Of a stretch of DNA of 64,000 bases, positions 1 to 35,400 are shown one piece after another. The stretch is from Paraspadella gotoi (lineage: Eukaryota > Animalia > Chaetognatha), in the NCBI GenBank assembly GCA_051294375.1, contig CM119270.1, positions 19,864,049-19,928,048 of the forward strand, given 5' to 3'. The translations under genes and the position numbers were made by a program. Below the pieces are notes generated by a model that was not told the origin of the DNA, did no database searches, and saw nothing but the letters and a program-made list of their open reading frames with translations. The stretch's first letter is position 1; each line of letters opens with the position of its first letter.

Positions 1-990
1 CGGACTCGTTTCCGTATCGAACCGTAGTGTCGTTGTATCTGAAAGAGATTTTCAAACAGTAGTGACAGGTTAAGATGTATTTGTAAGAATTGAAGANNNN
101 NNNNNNNNNNNNNNNNNNNNNNNNNNNNNNNNNNNNNNNNNNNNNNNNNNNNNNNNNNNNNNNNNNNNNNNNNNNNNNNNNNNNNNNNNNNNNNNNNNNN
201 NNNNNNNNNNNNNNNNNNNNNNNNNNNNNNNNNNNNNNNNNNNNNNNNNNNNNNNNNNNNNNNNNNNNNNNNNNNNNNNNNNNNNNNNNNNNNNNNNNNN
301 NNNNNNNNNNNNNNNNNNNNNNNNNNNNNNNNNNNNNNNNNNNNNNNNNNNNNNNNNNNNNNNNNTGGACAGAAGTATGAATTGATAAATGAACAGAAAA
401 ATGAGTAAAACGCATTTGTGGCCACATGAATCCGACCTTGAAGGAGTGTTGTAGTGATAGACCCACATCCCTTTCGGACTTCCGGAGAAGACGGAGTTGA
501 CGACGACGAGTTTGGGGTCGACGCGGGGCATCCGGAGATTGTCCCAACCGATCCATCCGTCGCTCCGTTCTGTAGAGGGTAAGGTCAAAGGGGGTAAGGT
601 CAAAGAGGGTAAGGTCAAAGAGGGTATGAGTTAATCTCGGACGTTAGGNNNNNNNNNNNNNNNNNNNNNNNNNNNNNNNNNNNNNNNNNNNNNNNNNNNN
701 NNNNNNNNNNNNNNNNNNNNNNNNNNNNNNNNNNNNNNNNNNNNNNNNNNNNNNNNNNNNNNNNNNNNNNNNNNNNNNNNNNNNNNNNNNNNNNNNNNNT
801 CTCTCACTCACTTTTAACGGCCGTGGCGCCGATGGCGAACCGGCCCGTGCTTCTCTTTTTCACAGTGATCTCCACAATGATCCGTGAAGACCTCGTGACT
901 TCGGGAAAGTAAATGTATCCCTCGTGAAGTTTGTGAACGACGACTCCAGGGTAATCCATCTCACCCATGTAGATCTTCACTTCTTCGTCT
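1..990 (-). CDS. bark: Continuation of the bark-like gene (three further exons; gene runs off the window's left edge)
   Basis: Exons 812-990 (DEEVKIYMGEMDYPG..FPEVTRSSRIIVEITV), ~415-569 (PKLVVVNSVFSGSPKGMWVYHYN) and 1-38 (YNDTTVRYGNES). All three have AG acceptors; the donor of the middle exon is unclear. Confidence 0.7.
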
Positions 991-1842
991 CTGTGAACGT
1001 TTAGAAGTCGCGGGGTGATCATTCATTCATTCGTTCATCCATAATTTCATTCCTTAATTAATTAATCTATTCATTTATTCAACCATTTATATTTTCATTA
1101 ATCTATATATTAATTCATTCATCAATTCACTAAATCATTAATCCATTCAAGTATTTCATCATTTATTCTTTCAGTTATCCAATCATTTATTCTTTCATTT
1201 ATATATCTATCAATACTGTCATTTCTACATTCATCCATTCATTCATAAATCCATTCATTCATAAATCCATTCGTTCATTCATTAACTCCAGACATTCAGC
1301 TCGCGTCGACGGGTCTGTGCGCGTTCAGTCGTGTGCCCAGCCTACGCATATAAAAATTCTTATAACTCGCCTTATTAGTCGCGGCTCATTTGTTAAGACA
1401 GGAACAAACAAACCTCACAAATCTAAGATGACTTGCTAGTGCGCATCCGTCTATACCCCAATCCCCAATCCACCATCTTCTGAGTTCCCCAAGTCTCCTC
1501 GAATCGCCCTTTTCCCCCGCAATCCCGAAGCTCCCCAATGCACAATCTTCCTATTCTTCCAATTCCCCGTCTGAATCCCCTTTTCCCGCCAATCCCCCTC
1601 ATCCCATCATCTTCCATATTCCCCCAATCTCCTCCAAATCCCCCTATCCCCCAGATCCATCTTCCGGATTCCTATGCACTGCTACAATGCCGCGCTATCC
1701 CCCAATCCCCAAATCACCACTCTTCCTATTCCCCCAATCCCCTCGAATCCCTATTATCCCCCAATTCCCTATCCACATCTTCTTATTCCCCCAATCCCCT
1801 CCGAATCCCCCCAATCCCCCACTAATCCCCTCAATCCACCAG

Positions 1843-2582
1843 CTTCGAAATCGAGCTGGACAAGCCCGAGAATGCAACAAGTGAAAATTCGACGGCGAAA
1901 CTTACTACATCTTCACTCACCCTTTCGTTCCGGCGGCGAACGCGACCGAGACGGTTTCCCGCCTGCAGGATCGCAGTCAAAGATTCTTACCTTCACACGC
2001 TGGGGCTGCAGATATTCGATTTTAACACGGATCTTAGGTAAGGAAGGGAAGGCCGATTTATAGAGTGTAATGAAATGAACGAATGGATTTATGAATGAAT
2101 GGATTTATGAATGAATGGATGAATGTAGAAATGACAGTATTGATAAGATATAAAATGAAAGAAATAAATGATTGGATAACTGAAAGAATAAATGATGAAA
2201 TACTTGAATGGATTAATGATTTAGTGAATAATGTTATGAATGAATTAATATTATTAGATTAATGAAAAATTAACATGGTTGAATAAATGAATAGATTAAT
2301 ATAATGTAAGGAATGAAAAATTATGAGATGAAGACATGAATGAATGATCACCCCGCGACCTTCTAACCGCTTCACAGAGACGAAGAAGTGAAGATCTACA
2401 TGGGTGAGATGGGATTACCCTGGAGTCGTCGTTCACAAACTTCACGAGGGATACATTTACTTTCCCGAAGTCACGAGGTCTTCACGGATCATTGTGGAGA
2501 TCACTGTGAAAAAGAGGAAGCGGGCCGGTTCGCCATCGGCGCCACGGCCGTTAAAAGTGAGTGAGAGAAGAGGAGAGTGAGT

Positions 2583-2646
<64 letters not shown>

Positions 2647-3362
2647 CGAGAGAGAGATGAGAGATTTTATTTACTGCCAAATTACGGTGGACATGAAAAA
2701 CTATAATTGTTCTACCTTGACCCTAACGTCCGAGACTTAACACTTACCCTCTTTGACCTTACCCTTCTTCTTGACCTTACCCTCTAGCAGAACGGAGCCC
2801 GACGGATGTCGGTTGGGACAATCTCCCGGATGCCCCGCGTCGACCCCAAAACTCGTCGTCGTCAACTCCGTCTTCTCCCGGAAGTCCGAAAGGGATGTGG
2901 GTTCTATCACTACAACACTCCTTCAAGGTCGGATTCATGTGGCCACAAATGCGTGTTTACTCATTTTTCTGTTCATTTATCAATTCATACTTCTGTCCAT
3001 TCCTCCATTCTCCTATCTTTTTATCCTTCTGTCCGTCCATCCATCCATCCATCTTTCCTTCCTTCCTTCCTTCCTTCCTTCCTTCCTTCCTTTCCTTCCT
3101 TCCGTTCCTTCCTTCCTTTCCTTCCTTCCTTCCCTTCCTTCCTTTCCCTTTCTTCAACTTCTTACAAGATACATCTTCATTAACTGTCACCTACTGTTTG
3201 AAAATCTCTTTCAGATACAACGGACATACGGGGTTCGATACGGAAACGAGTCCGTAATTCTCAATTCCGTCCACATTCACCGATATCCAAAGACGCTGCG
3301 GCTTTTTCGTCCGAAGTTCCCAGGCGTTCGACCCATTCAGGAATTCGCCCGTCAAACATCAG
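1843..3362 (+). other. Inverted, indel-rich copy of bark-like exons (mirror of 1-1275, plus one exon seen only here)
   Basis: 2070-3250 is the reverse complement of 1-1275 with many single-base indels. The exon at 1843-2037 (FEIELDKPENAT..LGLQIFDFNTDL|gtaag) fits in phase between minus-strand exons 4225-4334 and 812-990. Confidence 0.75.
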
Positions 3363-4224
3363 GTTTGTTAGTTTAAATATATTTAAAATCAAACATAACC
3401 CTCCTATTTAGCAAAAGCAAAAAAAATATTAAAAAGATTGCCCCATCCAAATTTACACGCCCAACTCATCATAGGTCAAATAGCGGCTCCGATGCACCAC
3501 CAGTTACCTTACGCTCCTGCCTCTGCTCGTAGTATTACGTTGGTGCTTCGACTATTACGGCTGTCGCGTCAATGTGCTCCTGATTGCGCTCGCCGACATG
3601 AGGAATGCTCTCTGCTGATACGATCATATGCAAGCCACTCCAGAAGATCTTCCTGAGGCTCACTGACTCCGCAATGGCTGAATTAAAGCTGGAAATCCCG
3701 TGCCCGGGGTTTTTTAACGGCAAAATCCGTTCTTCGATTTTTAAATTATAAATTAACTTTTCACAATTCCACCCTTATTATACACCATTTAGATAACCTC
3801 TCTTAGGAGTTAATGGTTTCGGATATCGTACGTGGATAATAAGTACATATATTTTTATTATTTTATATATCATTGTGCGGTGTATTATATATACCACCGT
3901 TGTTTATTTTTTTAATTTTAGTGTTTATATCTATTAAACTTTATTATATTATTACCTTAGAGTGTTATCTGAGATATATAAATATAAAACTACAGTCCAT
4001 CTTAGTGTTGATATCCAAGTGTCCATACACTGCTCCATTTACCAGAGAAGTACAGTATATAAGTATCCTCATCACTCTCGATCGTGTACGTCTAACGTCT
4101 GATGTAGTATCAGGCGAAGGATGAGAATGTCATCGACGCCGAGGCCACGAGGAAATCTCTCTTCGTNNNNNNNNNNNNNNNNNNNNNNNNNCTAAGAGTA
4201 CATGTCCCCTTCCATCATTCTCAC

Positions 4225-26422
<22,198 letters not shown>

Positions 26423-26925
26423 TCGCCGGCGTCAAATGGAACGAGCCGGCGTCAGATGGTCATCCCGGCGCCGGTTTGTTGTTCTCGCTCTTTGTTTTGA
26501 TGTCGCTGATGTTTTCTTTTGTGGAAATAAAACCGATGAGTAAACGCGGGAAAAGGAAGTCGAATCGTCGAACCGTTGTTTCCCGTTCTAAACTAAAACT
26601 GTTTCCTGTTTTGTTTGTTGTTTCCTGCGAATGGGTTTAGGCTTTTAACTTTTGAGTTTTTTAAAAAATATTTTCCTAAAAACAATTATGAAAAGGAGAA
26701 TTAATCAGTTATGATTTTTAAGTTGATTCTTATCTTTTTTTTCAGAGATAAAAACGATTCAAATTTCAATGTCGATTGATTTCGGTCGTTGAGAGACTTT
26801 GGATTTTTTATCGAGAAAAAAAATTGATATATAAAATGAAATATATTTTAAAAAATAAATGGTTAGCATCCAACCAGAGCTAGCCAGTTAAGTTGTCCAA
26901 TCATACTTTTTTCAAAATAAAAGCG

Positions 26926-26958
<33 letters not shown>

Positions 26959-27027
26959 GTCTCGCTCTTCAACCGTCAAAATCAGGTTTTTGCTTCCTCT
27001 TCTTCTTCCTTTTTCTCTTTCCAACTC

Positions 27028-27160
<133 letters not shown>

Positions 27161-27244
27161 CTCTCTCTTCTTCAGAAAAAAAAAACGCATGCGACGAATA
27201 GCTAGGCAGGAAAGAAAAAGGTAAGTTCAGGTTTTCAGACAGGT

Positions 27245-27382
27245 TAGGATCACGTGACGTCGACGTTTTGACCAATCAGCGCGCTTGTTAACGAATTTCT
27301 TACCGCCTCTTCCTCTTCTTTCGTCCGCTCTTCCTCTTCTTGTCGAAATAACATCGTGAACTCTTCCTATTCGGAGCGACAG
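27245..27382 (+). promoter_or_regulatory. Candidate bidirectional promoter (E-box TCACGTGAC, CCAAT box) and 5' non-coding exon of the acyltransferase gene
   Basis: TCACGTGAC at 27250-27258 and CCAAT at ~27272 lie between head-to-head genes. A donor-like ag|gtgggt at ~27382 is followed by a G-rich tract, and an acceptor ttcttcag at ~29399 lies just before ATG 29441. Confidence 0.35.
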
Positions 27383-27899
27383 GTGGGTAGGGTGAGTCAG
27401 GAGAATGATAGAGCGGAGGTGAAGAAGGGTGAGGATATTCATGGATGGAGGGTGAGGAAAGACGAAGACGATGATAGGGAGATTCCCCCGCGTATTAGTC
27501 AGGGTATTTTATTTTTAAATCGGAAGTCATTCAATTCTTCGCTGAGCGATTTGACTTTAAAGTTAGTAGGATTTCTCGATAGCAATTTCTTGTATTTACT
27601 GTACCTTGGGATAGTAAATAATGTAATTATTATTAATTATAATTCGCGCATATGCTCTAATTAGATACATCACGATTAGTAAGAGAGAATTATATATATG
27701 CGCATTAACAATAACTGAACCAATCTTTTTTTACTTTATTACTTAATTAAAACCTTATTAAGACCCTTCATTTATTGCCAATGTCACTAATGTCAGGAAT
27801 CGACAACCGTGCCTTCTTTAAATTTAGCAGAGAAATCCAATTTTCAAAAAACATTTTTCGTACACCAAGATTATTAACAAATTAATTTTTATGTAATAT

Positions 27900-28790
27900 C
27901 CCCATGTTATGGTTTACAAAAAACCATTGAAAGATTAAACAAGTTTGAGCATACAAAGCGGATTGTATGATTAGCAATGATCCATGAGACGAAAACTCTT
28001 TTATTTTATCTCGTTAACAACAAGGAAGGATCATACAATTGATCTAAAAGTGATATAGAATGAATAACAAAATAGAAAAAACTATCAAGAAAAATTAAGT
28101 AAAAGAAACATTAAAGAAAAAGGGAGCTAAAATTACTTGTTTTCCAAGTTTTCTGTAACTTCATAGATAACGTGGAATGAAACCATTTCACTGCAAAATG
28201 CAAATTAAATTTTAGTAACGATTTTTCAAGTTATCAGCGTCTGATAGTCATTAATTATAAGAATATTATTAGCGACAAAAATAATATTAATATTGTCACA
28301 GTAAATTTTTTAATGTTGAAAATATAACCATAATTTTTTCACCATGTCTGAATCAGTTGATTAAGTGGATTGATATGATTTTCTATCAGTCGATTTATTG
28401 TGGTATGCGTTCTGTATCGTTTTTATGGTTTACAAGAAACCTTACAAAAGTTAAACAAGTTTGAGCATACAATGCGGATTGTATGATTAGCAAAGAATTT
28501 CGAGACGAAAATCTTTTTATTTCTTCTCGTGAACAATATGGAAGAACGATAAAATTAATTTAATAGTGATATAAAATAAACATTAAAGTGTTAAAATTTA
28601 ATAGGAAAAATAAATTAAAAAACAAACATTAACAAAAAAAAATATTAAAATTATTTGTTTTCCTGGTTGAATGTAATTTGTTAAACAAAAGGTGGACTAA
28701 ATTTTGTTTACTGCAATATGCAAATGAGATTTTTCGTAAATTTTTGAACGATCATTGTTGGGGATATCAAATAAAGATAGATATTAGTGG
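27900..28790. repeat. Diverged tandem direct repeat, period ~515 bp
   Basis: ttatggtttacaa..ttaaacaagtttgagcatacaa.gcggattgtatgattagcaa..gagacgaaaa occurs at ~27908 and ~28422, and similarity continues through actgcaa.atgcaaat. Confidence 0.75.
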
Positions 28791-29440
28791 TAGCTGCAAA
28801 AAAATTTATAATAATATTTTTACTAATTAGCTTATAGATATAACTTTAGTAAAGTTATCCGGCTTTAATTAAAAATACTAACGACAAACATTTCAATGTT
28901 TATTAAAAACAACTACACTCAAGGTAGCGTTATGCTGTTTGTAATTAATAAATAAAAAGCTTGTCCAAAGTCAGAGTCAAGGTATATTATTTATCGAATG
29001 GCGGAATAATTTGTGTAGTATTGCTAGCACCAATTTTTTTTTCTTCAAACAACTTTATTCAGTTCTTGTTATTATAATTAACCCCAGGTGAAGGTTGCTT
29101 ATAAAAGTTACACCAAATATCATTTCAATAGTAAATAAAAATTTACCTGGCAACCGTCATTAAGCTGATGAACCTAAACTTAAACAAAATCAAAATATAA
29201 GGGACACAGATATTTTTTTGGTGAACGATTAAAATTCTTAGTTCTCTTCATTTCGATAATTTCTCGTGAAAAATTTAAAATGTCCTTTTTCTATTTTTAT
29301 AACAAAATCCTGAACTAATGTGGACTAATTTTACGGTAGTTAGCGAAGGATAATTTGTCGCGATATACATTTATTATCCTTTAAATTATTATTCTTCAGT
29401 GATTTAAAACCAAGACTGCTTGCCAATATCGAACGAGTAG

Positions 29441-32400
29441 ATGGAGGAAGCCAACCAAGAAGAAATCGAACTGCAATCAACCGGAAACCAAGCGCATCCA
29501 CGGTCACAGCAATCGTTTCCGAGAAATTGCGAAAATGGATGTCATCGTCTCGCGCCTGCGCCGTCGCCGACATCGTCGCGCCCTCTGCTTTCATCTTCGG
29601 CGTCGGCTTCGTCTCATTCTTCGTCATCGTCGCCTCCGACGTCTTCGTCAGTAGTTCCGCCGCAGGAGCTGGAGGAGGAACAGCAGGATCCGCATCCGGA
29701 GCAGCCAATACTTTCGCCTCAACCTTCCCCGCCGCTCCGAGCTGCGCCGTCGCCGCTGCCCGCGCCCGCTCGTCGACCCGATATCGACGCCATACGCGTC
29801 TGCCTCACGTGGGGAATCTTGTTGCATCACGCGGTTTTGATTTACGTTCCGCGGAAATCCTTTCTCGAAGATCCCTTCACTGAATATGAGGGGCGGCAGG
29901 TGAGAAAGTGGGGGGGATAGGAAATTATGGTGGGTAGGAAATTATGGGGGTAGGAAATTATGTGGTGGTAGGAAATTATGGGGGTAAGAAATTATAGGGG
30001 GTAGAAAATTATGGAGGGTAGGGAATTATGGGGGGTAGGAAATTATGGGGGTAGGAAATTATGGGGGTAGAAAATTATGAGGAAGGGAATTATGGGGGTA
30101 TGAAATTATGGGGGTAGGTATTGTAAGGGGTTAAGAATTGTTAGGTTTTGTAATTGTAGTGGGTAGAAATTGTAGTGGGTAGGATTTGTAGTTGGTAGGA
30201 AATGCAGTTGGTAGGAATTGTCGCTGTTAGATTTTAAAACCGTTGCTGATTATTCTAATAGTTTTGACCGCATAGAAGTAATAATTCTGGTACTAAAACT
30301 AATAAGCATAGTTGTATGGAGGAGTAGCGAGAACCTTTCAACCTTTCAAAAAAATCCGACGGAAGGCTCTCTCTCTATCACTCTCTATAATATATCTATA
30401 TATTATATATATTTATATATAATATATTTATATATATATCATCCTGCAATCGGACAGAAGGAAACCAATACTGTAACCTTGACGACCCTCTTTGAAATAT
30501 ACTATCTCTTACTTTCAGTATAAATCTTAAAAGTAGACCTTAGAAGTGGACTCCTCGAAACGACAAGGTCTTACGAATTCATCGAACATCGATACCCTAC
30601 GATAAAGTTAAACTAAGGTAAGCTTCGCTTCTTTAATCCAATGGACGAATCGTCTGATTTCAGCTTCGTCGTCAACAAACAAAGTTAAGAAACCCCGCTA
30701 CAAATTTAGTTTAGCGTTTTCTTCAAAATTAGCCATTCATTTTTTTTTTTTTTTTTTTTGTTACTTTTTTTTTGTTTGAAGTGAAGATGAAGATATCTTG
30801 TCTCTTATTTTTAGTCGGGATTTTCGTCGTCTGTTCTGGTGAGTTGTCTTTTAAGCTTAATTTTATATTAGCCGAATAGGTTTAAGGGGGTTTAGGATTT
30901 GGGTTTGCTTAAGGTTAATCGTAATTAAGGTTAATATTATAATCATTAAGTATTAAGTTTTATTATTTTTTTTCGTCAAATATAAAATTTTACATTTTTT
31001 TTGGTTGTTTCTGATTTAGGGATGCCAAAGATGAAATCTTCTATAAATCCGGATATGAGGGAAAATACTGAGGTAGTTTATTATTGGAAAGGCCGACCGA
31101 CTGAGAAGACTGACCGACCGAAATGACCAATGGAGAGAGCTTTCAAAAATTGTTATAAATTATTTTTTTTTTTTAGGATGGAAATGATTTTAAAAATGAT
31201 GATGTCACAGAAATGGAAATGAATGAGGTAAAATGAAATTGAAAATTAATAAATGTATGAATGAATGAATATTATTATGTAAACCAAAGTCAAAACCTGT
31301 CATCTGGGAATTTAAATATTCCTCTTAATTAGGAAGTCCAAGAAGAGATAGAGAACGGATTCTACAGAGAAGTAAGTTAAACATAATAATATACTTTGTA
31401 TCATTTAAAACCATTTAAATATATAAAAATTGATAAAAAAAGTGTTATTTCAAATTCATTGCGTATATTATTTTTTTGGTTTTCCAGCTGGAAAAGGAAG
31501 AAAAAAACAAAAGACAAGAAGATGGTAAGATTTTTCATTTTTGATTTTAGCCTCGACCGCCCCTTAACCAATTACCCGACCTGATCTCTTTTTCAGAGTT
31601 CATTCGTCCTCCTAAATTTATAGGCAATAGGCAGTTGAACGAGGACGATCACGATCTCGATCACGATCACGATCACGATCACGATGGTAAACTCTTGTCT
31701 GATGAAAATATCGAAGCGATATAGGAGCGAACGTGAGCGATTACCTTTTGAGACATTGTCGAAATAGAACGCGTAAATAAAATGTCAAGAATCTTTGAAA
31801 TTGTGAAATAGAGAAGTTGTACAAGTGTACTATAGAGATAATATAGAGACTCGATATGAAACACTTGTTTTAGTCTTAGATGTTATTTTTACCGGTCGAT
31901 TAGACTAAAAAACTTGTATGGAAATGAATCGGACTTTAGCAAGCAATTATTTCATCAAATAATTTAAATTAACAACGAAGTAAGTAGGCGTTAATAAACA
32001 ATGTATAAGAAAGTATGTTATAAGGAAAAAGTGTCAATTTTGATGCAGCAACGAGTTTATTTATTTATAAACGGACTTGTTTCGGTTCGATTTACGAACC
32101 TTCTTCAGCGCAATTAGAGATACAATACAATGACAGTCCTTATATCCCAAACGCAACGAAAAAGAAAGGAAACTATCACAAAGAAAGTATGTTATACTAA
32201 TAGCCCAAAATGTGACTATCAATTAAGACAGACGTTTTCAATGAGAACGAAAAAGAGCAGGACACTTCTCAGAGATTTTTTTTTCCCTTTTTTCACTTTT
32301 TTTTATCTCGCCAGACGGGCTTAAGCCCGACTTGGGCGAGATGGAGGATTGTTTCTGTTTCTTTATGACCTTTATTATCGTCACAATTTTTTACCATTAG

Positions 32401-35400
32401 AAATTGTAAAAGCGTATAACCATAGGAAGCTAAAATTTTAGATATAGCTTCTAATCAATAAGATCGTTTATATTCACATGTTTATATTATTACAAGCATT
32501 TGTTTGTTTTATTTATAAAACAATTTTTATATATATAAACGAATTTAGCTTTACAGGGTTTGTTCAGCGGCGGTCCAGCTTCTTTCTCTCTTTTAATTAT
32601 AAGTCTTTTTTTGTCGCTGCCTTTTCAGTTATTTTTTTTTTTTATTTCTCTCTTATTCATAAACGTATTTGTTTTATTTACGATGAATGATTATCATCCT
32701 ATCGTATCAATATTTAATTATTATAGTATCAATATTTAGTTATCATTGCATCAATAATTAGTTATCATTATCTTATGGATGGAATAAGTTTTAGAGTAAG
32801 AATGTATTTATTCTTTAACAAATTAATAACGATAACAGGCTTAAAAAATAATTGTGTTGTGGTTGTTTATTCACCGCATTAATAATTAATTATTATTCCA
32901 TTAATAATTAATTAATGTTATAATAATAATCAATTATTATTACATCAATCAATTATTATTATATCCATCAATTACTAATATATTAATTAATTACTATTAT
33001 ATCAATCAATTGTTATTAAATTAATAAATCTTTTTTTTCCGGATTTTTTCAGTAATTTTCTTTGATAATAACGTCTGGCGAGATCACTATCTTTTAAGAT
33101 TTTTTTTGGTATTTCATCTCTGTAATTTTATTTCTTTTTGACCTTTCCTTATTCCTCATCAGCTCAATGATTAATTTTCATTTTATTTTGATTATTTTAA
33201 TCCTTTTTTTCATTCCTCTTTTTCGTCATCTCTCGCCCATCCCCCCTTTCTTCCTCTCCCATCCCACCTCCCATCCCCCCCTCACTCCTCCCCTCCCATC
33301 CGTCAGCCAGCTCTCGTCTTCTATTATTTCATGGAATCCTGGAACATGCCGATGTTCTTTTTTCTCTCCGGAATCAACGCTTTCTCCTCGATGACTAAAC
33401 GGACCAGTCAGGCCTTTTGCCTGGAACGATATCACCGCCTGTTAGTCCCTGCCCTAGTCATCATGGCCTTCACTCAGTTCCCTTTCTCGTTGACCTTTTT
33501 CGCCAGGCTGTCCAAGGCCTGCCAGGAGCACCGGGACGGACGTAACTCCAACGAGACCTGCTACATGTGGGACATTCCTGGGGTTAATCAGTCCTTCATA
33601 GATTATGTGGGAAAGAATTGGGGAAGACCGCCGGAGACGCCGAACGCGCGACAGGGATGGTTCCTCGTGTATCTCTTCTTTTTCTCGCAGGTGGGTAGGT
33701 AAGGTGGGTAAGGGTTAAGTTGGGTAAAGTGGGTAAGGTGGGTAAGGTGGGCCAGGTGGGCCAGTGCTGTAGGGCTGGATCAATTCACCGATTTAGTTTC
33801 GGTTGGTCTGCGGCTGAATTCATGTTTGATTTATGTCACTTATTTAGGAATGTAAACAATTTCAAAAGCGCAGTATAAATTCTCAAATTTACACTCGGCG
33901 AAAATATATTCCACTCCAGCTTCTAGCCTATCCCTTCTATCTCTGGCACCCCTCCTCCGCGGGAGACGTCGAAAGCTGCTGCTACTTCGATACTTCACAC
34001 CGGCGCTGCTGTGCTGGGTTGCACCGCCTCTGTTGCACCGGCTGGCTGCGCCGCTTCTCTCGCCCCTTCGGACGCGCGACGCCGACCCCTCTGACCTTCG
34101 CCGGCGTCGCATTCTGGTTTCTCGGAAGCGGCGTCAAATTGGCGTTGGTTCCCGGCAGCTTTCTCGCCGTCGTTGAGGTGATTTAAAAAAACAGTACAGA
34201 TGAGTGAGATTTTGTGACTTTTAGTGATAACTCGTGGTTTTTTTAATCTAACAAAAAAATTATATTACATTCGATTCTGGTAATTAGAATATTACATGAA
34301 GAAGTAATCAATTTTAACCTAAACGGTACTTTCATAAAAAAAAGAGGGGAAAAAAAAGAAAATTTTTCTATGAATTTTTAGTTAATATTTTTTCCGTTAT
34401 CCACCCTCCCCGAGATTAATTTTTCTCTCGAGGTTAATTTAAATCGTCTTACATATTTCAAATTTTCAATTTGCTTATTACGTAAAATTAGCGCCTTTTC
34501 GTCTAATTATGTGGATTTCTCTTTCTCTTCCCCTATCTCCATATCCTTCTCCTATCTCTCCTTACCCCTCCCCTACTCCCCCGGCCCAACCCATCCTTCA
34601 AGATCTCCCTCCGCAAATTCTTTCCCAACGGACTCTTCAACTTTTTCTCCTTCGCCGTCGACATCGCCAACGACTTCAACTTCTGCTTCGTCTACTTGGT
34701 CGGATTCGCGATCGCTTTGCTCGACGATCGAATTGCGCCGATCCTCCGCCGCTGCGCCTGGCCCTACTTGGCCGTAGGCACCGTCGTCTGTCTCACCTAC
34801 GGCTGTTTCGCGCCCTTCAGGCACGTCTTGGTGCCGGGCATCGTCGGGGAGACGCTCGTTAGAGGGCTGCTGAGGGGATTCGGAGAATGGAGCATCGTGT
34901 TGGGCCTCGTGGGAATGACGAGGAAGTGAGGAAGGGGTTGTGGTAGGGGGGGGGTTAAGGACGGGAATAGGTGTGATTAGGTGTGATATATGAAATATAT
35001 ATGGTTACTCTCATTAGTTATTTCATTGTGTTATATATTGAAGATATTGACATTAATCTTTATGAACATGAGTCATCCAAAGGTCAGAAATACTCCCAAT
35101 TTAAAAATAATAATGATTGACGATTTATGGCCGTTTTTCACGAAGATTTTCAACATTCCCGCTTGACAGATACATCACCACCTACCCGCCATTCCTTGAC
35201 ACCCTCACCAAAGCCTCGATGCCCTTCTACCTCATCCACCTCCAAGTACTCGTCCTCATCGGCGTCTTCACCCTTCAAGTCCCCGTCCTCCGCTACTTCC
35301 CCTTCCTCCTCCTCTTCTCCACCCTCGTATCCGGCCTTCTCGCCCTCTTCCTCTCGCGGTCCGGATCGCTCGGCTACTTCTTCGGGGTGCGCCCGCCACG

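Noticed and set aside
29913-30217. Regular short repeats as a CRISPR array
   Set aside because: Units are contiguous with no unique spacers, there are no cas genes, and the context is a eukaryotic intron.
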